Positions 57,154 through 64,000 of a stretch of DNA of 64,000 nt are shown in pieces. Positions within the stretch are counted from its first letter, which is position 1. Every line of letters starts with the position of its first letter. The stretch lies in NCBI GenBank assembly GCA_000999315.1, contig LCFW01000003.1, positions 20,686 to 84,685 on the forward strand. The letters are read 5' to 3'. Source of the DNA: Candidatus Peregrinibacteria bacterium GW2011_GWF2_43_17. Lineage in GTDB: Bacteria > Patescibacteriota > Gracilibacteria > UBA1369 > UBA12470. The notes under the pieces are model-generated. The model was not told the DNA's origin, ran no database searches, and worked only from the letters and a program-made list of their open reading frames with translations. The position numbers were made by a program, and so were the translations under genes.

Positions 57154-58209
57154 ATGTTCGCATCGCTGGTTTTGGAAGATGAAGTGATCCTGACCGGAAA
57201 ATCATTCGGTGCGACAACTAATTCCGAAGGTGAAGTCGTTTTCAACACGGGCATGATGGGATATCCGGAAAGTTTTACCGACCCTTCTTACAGAGGCCAA
57301 ATCCTCACTTTGACATACCCGCTTATCGGGAATTACGGCGTCCCGAACACCGAACTCGAAAGCAATAATATTCACATAAGAGGACTCGTCGTTTCCGAAT
57401 ACTCGACAAATTTCAATCATTGGAATGCGGAAAAAAGTCTCGACAAATGGCTGAAAGAACACGCCATCCCCGGCATAACCGGCATAGACACCAGGGCTTT
57501 GACTCAAAAAATAAGAGAGAAAGGCACCATGCTCGGCCAAATCGTAACGCATGCAGAACCGCACCCGCCCCTTAAATTCAAACCATTCAAAGCACCCGAC
57601 TCGGAAAATCTTGTCGCGGAAGTTTCAACAAAAAAACCAATCACATATAAACGCGGCCTCAAGCACGTCGCTCTCATAGACACCGGTTGCAAAGCAAACA
57701 TCATCAGAGAACTCCTGAAAAGAGACCTGACGGTCACCAGAATCCCATGGAACAAAAACCCTTTCACCTTAAAAACCAAATTCGACGGGGTACTTTTCAG
57801 TAACGGCCCGGGCAACCCGACCCTGCCAAAAGAAACTCACGCAACTATGAAAGAGTGCCTAAACCGCGAAATCCCAACATTCGGAATCTGCCTCGGCAAC
57901 CAAATAATGGGACTCTCCGCAGGAGCGAAAACTTACAAACTCAAATACGGCCACCGCGCTCAAAATCAACCATGCACGGACCTCGAAACGAATAAATGCT
58001 ACATCACAAGCCAAAACCACGGCTTCGCGATAGACGCAAAAACCCTCCCCAAAGGCTGGAAGGTTTGGTTTATAAACCAAAACGACAAAACGGTCGAAGG
58101 AATAAAACATAGCAAGAAGCCGTTCTTCGCAGTACAATTTCACCCGGAATCAACTCCAGGACCGAGCGACACAGCGTTTTTATTCGATAAATTCATTAAA
58201 CTCATATAG
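57154..58209 (+). CDS. carA: carbamoyl-phosphate synthase small (glutaminase) subunit
   Basis: 351 aa with FNTGMMGYPESFTDPSYRGQILTLTYPLIGNYG, nucleophile-elbow sequence GICLGNQ, and VQFHPES. Confidence 0.93.
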   Translation: MFASLVLEDEVILTGKSFGATTNSEGEVVFNTGMMGYPESFTDPSYRGQILTLTYPLIGNYGVPNTELESNNIHIRGLVVSEYSTNFNHWNAEKSLDKWLKEHAIPGITGIDTRALTQKIREKGTMLGQIVTHAEPHPPLKFKPFKAPDSENLVAEVSTKKPITYKRGLKHVALIDTGCKANIIRELLKRDLTVTRIPWNKNPFTLKTKFDGVLFSNGPGNPTLPKETHATMKECLNREIPTFGICLGNQIMGLSAGAKTYKLKYGHRAQNQPCTDLETNKCYITSQNHGFAIDAKTLPKGWKVWFINQNDKTVEGIKHSKKPFFAVQFHPESTPGPSDTAFLFDKFIKLI

Positions 58210-58211
58210 AT

Positions 58212-59525
58212 ATGAAAAACAAAATCATCCTCGCAATAGGCGTAACCATCCTTGCGGGAATCGTTATCGCACTCGTTTTAATATTAAAAGCGGGAGCCAC
58301 CGAATCGCCGGCAATCAATGATCCGATTTCACCGATAAACGCAGATAAAACAACCTTATCCGGAACCGCAGAACCGGGAGCAAAAATCATAATAATGGGC
58401 GGTCCATCCGAACTTTCTCCGGTATATGCCGACGACGAAACCGGCTACTGGGAGAAAACAGTCTCTCTCACTCAAGAAACAACCAACATCTTCTCCGTAA
58501 CTGCACAAGGTGCCGACAACACGCAATCATCGGCGGTCACCGTAACAATCGTTGAAGGAATCGAGGAGGCCGCGGAATACGAAGCGCAAACCGGCTCGGA
58601 CAGAACGGCACCGAGCGCCCCGGAAGTTGACGATATTGAATCGCCCGTAGACGCGGACTTTGTGATTCTAACAGGTACAGCCGAAGCAAACTCCACAATA
58701 ATCATATCGGGCGCCGACACCGAAGAAACAACCGTCGACTCATTCGGCACATTTTCAATCGAAGTCAACCTCGATCAAGACGCTATAAATAAGTTCAATA
58801 TTAACGCGATGGACGACGCAGGCAACATAAGTTCAACAACGAAAATTGAAATCGAAGAAATAAGCGAAGAGGCGGGAGAAGGAAACACAGAGGAAGATGA
58901 CGAACAAGATCACGAATCGGCGGAAGCCCCCGAAGAAGAAATAAGCTTCCCCGACACGGAAGGTCATTGGGCGGAAACATACGTTGAAGAACTTGCGGCG
59001 GAAGAAGTCGTCGGAGGTTATGAAAACGGAAATTTCGGTCCCAACGATTACATAACAAGAGCCGCAATCACAAAAATCGCGCTGAACGCTTTTGAATACG
59101 AAGTTGAAAATGCGGAATCGAACTTCATCGACCTCGAAAGCGGTGCGTGGTATGAAGATTACGTTAACTCGGCATACGAATACGACATAATCGGCGGTTA
59201 CGACGACGGCACTTTCAAGCCCGACGGCTACGTAAATCGAGCCGAAGCTTTGAAAATATTATTCGTGGCATCAGGCATCGCGAATATGGATGGCGCGAGC
59301 ATATTTATCGGCTCCGCAACAACTTGGGAAAATGATTTCTCCGACATTTCAACAAACGATTGGTTTTATGAATATGTAATGCAATCCTCAACCGGCGGAA
59401 TCGTATCGGGCTACACCGACTTCACTTTCGGTCCGCAAAATTACATAACCCGCGCCGAAGTTTGCAAAATCGTTTCGAAAATGTTGGACTTGAAAACCGA
59501 AATCATAGCCACACCAACTATCTAA
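58212..59525 (+). CDS. membrane-anchored surface protein with Ig-like repeats, acidic linker and C-terminal SLH domains
   Basis: 437 aa with an N-terminal TM helix and two LSGTAEPGAKIII / LTGTAEANSTIII Ig-like units. An E/D linker follows. Three SLH-like motifs are present (FPDTEGHWAETYV, GGYENGNFGPNDYITRAAITKIAL, GGYDDGTFKPDGYVNRAEALKILF, SGYTDFTFGPQNYITRAEVCKIV). Confidence 0.85.
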   Translation: MKNKIILAIGVTILAGIVIALVLILKAGATESPAINDPISPINADKTTLSGTAEPGAKIIIMGGPSELSPVYADDETGYWEKTVSLTQETTNIFSVTAQGADNTQSSAVTVTIVEGIEEAAEYEAQTGSDRTAPSAPEVDDIESPVDADFVILTGTAEANSTIIISGADTEETTVDSFGTFSIEVNLDQDAINKFNINAMDDAGNISSTTKIEIEEISEEAGEGNTEEDDEQDHESAEAPEEEISFPDTEGHWAETYVEELAAEEVVGGYENGNFGPNDYITRAAITKIALNAFEYEVENAESNFIDLESGAWYEDYVNSAYEYDIIGGYDDGTFKPDGYVNRAEALKILFVASGIANMDGASIFIGSATTWENDFSDISTNDWFYEYVMQSSTGGIVSGYTDFTFGPQNYITRAEVCKIVSKMLDLKTEIIATPTI

Positions 59526-61525
59526 TGCCTAAAACCCTAGCTTGTCTCGACATCGAAACGACCGGTCTGAGCCCCGACAGAGATAAAATCATCGAAATCG
59601 GAGTGGCGATTTTTGATTTTAAAGAGAGAAAAATAATCAAAGAGTTCTCGACTTTCATAAACCCCGGAGTCGCAATCCCGAGCCAAGTAACCAACCTCAC
59701 GGGCATCACCGACGCGGATGTCAAAACGGCACCGAAAATCGCAGACATCAAGACCGAACTCGAAGAGTTTATTCGGGATTATCCGATCGTCGGCCACAAC
59801 ATAAATTTCGACATCGAATTTCTAAATGCGAACGGTTTTGAAATAAAAAACTTGCGACTCGACTCAATAGACATCGCCCACATCGCTTTCCCGAAAACGG
59901 ACTCATACAGCCTTGAAATAATAGGTAAAATTCTGGACGTGGAAGAGCGAGGCAAACATCGCGCGTTATCTGATGTGAAGTCTAACATTGAAATTCTTTA
60001 CAAGCTTTTCGATCTGTATTTTTCAAAAACTCCCGACATAAAAAACATACTCGAAAAAAGCGCTTCGCCATGGAAAGAAGTGATAAAAATCGCATCTGAA
60101 AATTGTAAAACTTTCAAACTCAACCAAAAAAAATCGGTCGCAAAATCGCAAAAAAAAGTCTCCTTCGAAGAAGACAAACTTCTCGCCGAAATCGCAGACC
60201 TCGTACCCGAAAATTTCATCGAAGAAAACCCGGAAAACAAAACAATAATTTGTGCGCCCGAAATCGAAAACGGCATCCACGAACCCGCAAATTATCTCGA
60301 ACAAAAACTGTTCGAGAAATTCCTGCAAAAAGAAACTTTCACACCGGAAGAAACCGTCTTCGCGCTGAAAATAATCCCACTCATCGGAGATCGCGAAATC
60401 GCAAGAAACGAACTGACGCTCCCGCAAAACGGCAAAGACTTATGGTGGGATTTCGCTTGCGCAAGCCTCCCCGAGAACATCATCAAAAAACTCACGACCG
60501 ATAAAACAATACTGATAAGTCATCGGACTCTCGCGAAAATCGCACTGCAAATGCCCGAATTAATCGAAGGCTCAACTCTGATCATTCTCGACGCGGATGA
60601 ACTTTTTGAGCACACGCGCGAATCGCTCACGGTAAGATATTCGATGAAAAGACTCGGCGAATCGGACACGGTTACAATGCTTTTCGCGCATCTCGGCATA
60701 ATGGCCGAAAAATACGGCGAGGGATTCGAATTCAAACTCGAAGAACACCATTTCGACACCCCCGAATGGCAAAAAGTCGCCACGTTAATAGAAAAACTTC
60801 CGCAAGAAGATCGAGTCGTAAAATTTCTCAACAAGTCAAAAAAATATTCCGAAAACTTAAACCTCTCAATAAGAATTTTTGAAGACGGCACTCCCCTCTT
60901 AACAATCACGCCGCTCAACATCGGCGCATTTCTTGAAGAAAAATATTGGAGCAAGGCGAAACGAATTCAACTCTTCTCAAGCACGCTGACTTTCGCTGAA
61001 GAAAGCCCGAAATACGACTTCATAAAATCCTCGCTAAACCTCCCTCTCGACATAAAAATCACACCGAGCGACGAGAAGAAAATTTATATCGAAAAAACTT
61101 CGTCCGACCTCGAAAAACTCATGGAAAAAGAAGAGAAACCAATCTACGTCCTGACCGGCTCCCAACGAGCTTGCGAACAAATCCACGCGGAATCGGCACT
61201 CAACTTAAAAAACGCCGGCATAAAACTCCTCGCCCAAAACTCCTCGGGCGGCATCGGCAAAATCAAATCCATGCTCAAAGAAACACCCGGGAAAACCGTG
61301 GTCGTCGGCACATACGATTTTTATAAACAAGCAAAACCCGAGATCAAAACCTTGATAATATTTCGCATCCCCTTCCCTCACCCGAACGCCGTCCAAATCA
61401 AATGTCCCGAAGCCGAAAAATTCAAGAAATACGCCCTGCCCGCAACCATGATAAAACTAAAAAAGATCGGGCTGAAAGCGGAGAAAATCATTTCGTTGGA
61501 CGGAAGGATGCCGGAATATTTATGA
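59525..61525 (+). CDS. DEDDh 3'-5' exonuclease fused to a DinG-like helicase scaffold (Walker A not recognisable)
   Basis: Exo I CLDIETTGL, Exo II GHNINFDIEFL and Exo III HRALSDV. The C-terminal VVVGTYDFYKQAKPEIKTLIIFRIPFPHPN resembles the DinG/XPD motif V-VI region. ATG 59525 (overlapping TAATG) is preferred over 59462. Confidence 0.7.
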   Translation: MPKTLACLDIETTGLSPDRDKIIEIGVAIFDFKERKIIKEFSTFINPGVAIPSQVTNLTGITDADVKTAPKIADIKTELEEFIRDYPIVGHNINFDIEFLNANGFEIKNLRLDSIDIAHIAFPKTDSYSLEIIGKILDVEERGKHRALSDVKSNIEILYKLFDLYFSKTPDIKNILEKSASPWKEVIKIASENCKTFKLNQKKSVAKSQKKVSFEEDKLLAEIADLVPENFIEENPENKTIICAPEIENGIHEPANYLEQKLFEKFLQKETFTPEETVFALKIIPLIGDREIARNELTLPQNGKDLWWDFACASLPENIIKKLTTDKTILISHRTLAKIALQMPELIEGSTLIILDADELFEHTRESLTVRYSMKRLGESDTVTMLFAHLGIMAEKYGEGFEFKLEEHHFDTPEWQKVATLIEKLPQEDRVVKFLNKSKKYSENLNLSIRIFEDGTPLLTITPLNIGAFLEEKYWSKAKRIQLFSSTLTFAEESPKYDFIKSSLNLPLDIKITPSDEKKIYIEKTSSDLEKLMEKEEKPIYVLTGSQRACEQIHAESALNLKNAGIKLLAQNSSGGIGKIKSMLKETPGKTVVVGTYDFYKQAKPEIKTLIIFRIPFPHPNAVQIKCPEAEKFKKYALPATMIKLKKIGLKAEKIISLDGRMPEYL

Positions 61526-61543
61526 ACTCAAAGTTCCAATCCC

Positions 61544-63193
61544 ATGAAAAAATTCCTCCTCTGCCTTCTACTATCTACTGTCTACTGTCTCCCCACCACC
61601 CACGCCTGGTGGATCGACTCCTATTCCACCCTGATCGAAATCCGAGAAAACGGCTCGATCGTCATCGAGGAAACCATAACGGCAAACTTTTCAGACGATG
61701 CTCATCACGGGATTTACAGGATAATCCCGAATAAAATCGGAGATGAAAGATTGCGATTCGATTTGATAAGCATAACCGACGAAAACGGCACGGCGATACC
61801 CTTTACAATCACGAGCGGATTCGACGGAACGACTTACGCAACGGGAAATTCGGACATCCTGATTCAAGAACCGACAACCTACATTATAAAATACGAAGTC
61901 GAAAACGGCCTCTCGTTTTTCGAAGACCATGATGAGATTTATTGGAATACGGTGGGTTCCGACTGGCAGACCGAAATTTTGAGCGCGAGCGCAAAAATAA
62001 TTCTCCCCGAATCAATAACCGCAACCGACGAACTCGACGCTGTTTGTTACACCGGCTCGCAAGACGACACCGAACAAAACTGCACATGGCAAAACACATC
62101 CGCAAACACAATAGAATTCGCGACAACAAAGCCACTCAATCCATATGAAGCGCTTACCATAGCCATCAAATTCCCTCTCGGGCATGTATCCGAACCGATC
62201 GAAGAATTGTGGATCCTCCAAGATTTTTGGCCGGCAATCTTGCCGCTAATCGTTTTTGTCATACTTTTCAAAAGATGGAAAAAATACGGGCGGGACGAAA
62301 AAATTGAAACGATCACACCCGAATATAAACCCGTGAAAGAACTCTCTCCGGCGGAAGTGTCATTCATCGCATACGAAAAAATTACGGCGAAAGACATTTC
62401 GGCAACGCTGATAGATTTAGCAATCAGGAAATATTTGAAAATCGAAGAAACGAAAGACGAAATTCTCGGAATTTTTAAATTCAGAAATTATACGCTTTAC
62501 AGATTGAAAAAAGCCGAGGAAACAACTTTGCGTCCTTTTGAAAAACTTTTAATTGAAAAACTTTTTGAAGAAAAAGGTCAAATCAACCTCTCCGACCTCA
62601 AAAACAAATTTTACAAACACATAAACGGAATCCGAAAAGAAATAATCAACTCGGTGGTTGAGAAAAAAATCTTCGAAAAAAATCCCGTCACGGCAAAAAC
62701 GATACAACTCGTGGTAGGCGGTATTATAGCAGGCACCGGATTTTCATTCATTGGCGGTATAGAATCCGAAACATGGAAATTCGTACTCGGATTTTCAATA
62801 ATGACCTGCGGAATCCTAACCATGATTTTCGGCTACTACATGTCGAAAAAAACAATCGAAGGCAACGAATTTTACAAAAAAATTCTCGGTCTGAAAATGT
62901 ACATCGAAACCGCCGAAAAGGATCGCATACAACTTCACGAAAAAGAAAAACACTTCGAAGAGCTTCTGCCTTACGCAATGGTTTTCATGCAAACAAACCA
63001 CTGGGCAAAACAATTCGAAGACATTTATCCGGCTCCACCAAGCTGGTATGTAAGCACGGGACTAACCACGGAACATTTCTCGATGATGGAATTCACAAGC
63101 AACATGGATCACGCAATGTCGTCCATAAGTACGGCATTAAGCTCGCGACCGAAAGGCTCGGCGGGAGGTGGGGGGAGCGGTAGCGCCTGGTAA
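61544..63193 (+). CDS. DUF2207 family membrane protein
   Basis: 549 aa with a signal peptide, an extracellular N-domain (IDSYSTLIEIRENGSIVIEETI), central TM helices and a typical glycine-rich C-terminus SAGGGGSGSAW. Confidence 0.75.
   Translation: MKKFLLCLLLSTVYCLPTTHAWWIDSYSTLIEIRENGSIVIEETITANFSDDAHHGIYRIIPNKIGDERLRFDLISITDENGTAIPFTITSGFDGTTYATGNSDILIQEPTTYIIKYEVENGLSFFEDHDEIYWNTVGSDWQTEILSASAKIILPESITATDELDAVCYTGSQDDTEQNCTWQNTSANTIEFATTKPLNPYEALTIAIKFPLGHVSEPIEELWILQDFWPAILPLIVFVILFKRWKKYGRDEKIETITPEYKPVKELSPAEVSFIAYEKITAKDISATLIDLAIRKYLKIEETKDEILGIFKFRNYTLYRLKKAEETTLRPFEKLLIEKLFEEKGQINLSDLKNKFYKHINGIRKEIINSVVEKKIFEKNPVTAKTIQLVVGGIIAGTGFSFIGGIESETWKFVLGFSIMTCGILTMIFGYYMSKKTIEGNEFYKKILGLKMYIETAEKDRIQLHEKEKHFEELLPYAMVFMQTNHWAKQFEDIYPAPPSWYVSTGLTTEHFSMMEFTSNMDHAMSSISTALSSRPKGSAGGGGSGSAW
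61568..61588 (+). repeat. tandem heptamer array (CTACTAT CTACTGT CTACTGT) inside the 5' coding end of the DUF2207 gene
   Basis: This is the same unit as the rpsH-upstream array. Here it encodes part of the signal peptide (LLSTVYCL). Confidence 0.7.
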
Positions 63194-63242
63194 CAAGCGC
63201 GAGGAGCAGGTCCAATGGAATATATTTATATGATTTTTTGCC

Positions 63243-64000
63243 TTATTGCATCTCCCACTCTTCCTGCAACCTCTCGATCTCATCCCTAATCTCCGCCGCC
63301 TTCTCAAACTCCATGTTTTGAGCCGCTATATCCATCTCGGCCTCAAGCGAAGCGATAAGTCTGAACCTTTCTTCCCTCGGCACAACTTTACCCTCATATC
63401 TCTTAACTTGTTTTTTCGCCTCCTGCTTCTTAAACTCTTCCATGTCGTGAATTTTCTTAATAATCGTAACGGGAGTAATACCGTGCTTTTTGTTATAAGC
63501 TTCTTGCTTGGCACGCCTCCTGTTAGTTTCACCAAGAGCGCCATCCATCGCCGGCGTCATTTTGTCTGCATACATGATTACAAGACCATTTACGTTTCTC
63601 GCACATCGTCCGATAGTCTGGATCAAAGCACTTTCAGATCTCAAGAATCCTTGCTTGTCAGCATCCAAAATCCCGATCAACGAAACTTCAGGCAGGTCGA
63701 GACCCTCCCTAAGCAGGTTTATACCAACCAAAACATCAAACTTCCCCAATCTTAAGTCGCGCAATATTTCAATTCTTTCCAAAGTCTCTATATCCGAATG
63801 CAAATATCTAACTTTAAATCCTTTGTCGGCCAAAAATTTCGTCAAAGCTTCCGCCAATTTTTTAGTCAAAGTGGTAATCAATGCTCTCTCCCCACGAGCA
63901 ATAGCTTTATCGATTTCTACCTTCAAATTATCCATCTGGCCGGCAGTCGGCCTAACTTCTACAACAGGATCCAAAAGCCCAGTCGGACGAATAATTTGCT
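63243..64000 (-). CDS. uvrB: excinuclease ABC subunit B, C-terminal part (partial, runs off the window)
   Basis: The frame is open to the window edge (..[18 protein letters not shown]..). Helicase motifs V-VI are present ([26 protein letters not shown]), as is the C-terminal UVR domain ([11 protein letters not shown]). Confidence 0.93.
   Translation of the reverse strand, partial: QIIRPTGLLDPVVEVRPTAGQMDNLKVEIDKAIARGERALITTLTKKLAEALTKFLADKGFKVRYLHSDIETLERIEILRDLRLGKFDVLVGINLLREGLDLPEVSLIGILDADKQGFLRSESALIQTIGRCARNVNGLVIMYADKMTPAMDGALGETNRRRAKQEAYNKKHGITPVTIIKKIHDMEEFKKQEAKKQVKRYEGKVVPREERFRLIASLEAEMDIAAQNMEFEKAAEIRDEIERLQEEWEMQ

Noticed and set aside
1-64000. Alternative genetic code (UGA recoding, as in some candidate phyla)
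   Set aside because: Conserved genes are full length under the standard code. TGA terminates ORFs at sensible positions (688-690, 4617-4619, 45194-45196), so there is no sign of in-frame TGA read-through.

Overview
AT-rich bacterial window that reads cleanly in the standard code: TGA is used as a stop, for example at 688-690 and 4617-4619, and all conserved genes are intact. About half of the window (8.6-39 kb, + strand) is one contiguous transcription/translation super-cluster: rpoB-ssb-rpoC-rpsL-rpsG-(lipoprotein)-fusA-tuf, then the S10, spc and alpha ribosomal operons (no L30 gene), then rplM-rpsI-trmD. The left flank carries a CIRCE-controlled dnaK, a BASS-type transporter, a phospholipid cluster (PLC-like, psd, pssA) coupled to serS, a TIM-barrel isomerase and a hypothetical gene. 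The right flank carries a P-type ATPase, a DUF167 protein, rsmA, a 312-aa hypothetical gene convergent with a REC-histidine kinase hybrid, and a minus-strand pyrimidine operon (pyrB ... pyrC-pyrD-pyrK-pyrE-pyrF). That operon is split by a 5.6-kb giant SLH surface-protein gene. Further right are carA (with no adjacent carB), a second SLH protein, an exonuclease-DinG-like fusion, a DUF2207 membrane protein and a partial uvrB. I found no rRNA, tRNA, CRISPR array, transposase or recognisable defence/toxin genes, and no clear new multi-gene protein system. The missing L30, the near-absence of Shine-Dalgarno sequences and the tight gene packing fit a reduced-genome CPR/Patescibacteria-like lineage; this is inference only. 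The most unusual signals are non-coding. (1) A family of long-stem structured intergenic elements, two of which share a 41/42-nt core in inverted orientation; one has 25-bp perfect terminal inverted repeats. (2) Tandem heptamer arrays (CTACTRT-like) just upstream of several start codons. (3) Synteny breaks in normally invariant operons: ssb between rpoB and rpoC, a lipoprotein in the str operon, and a giant SLH gene inside the pyr operon.
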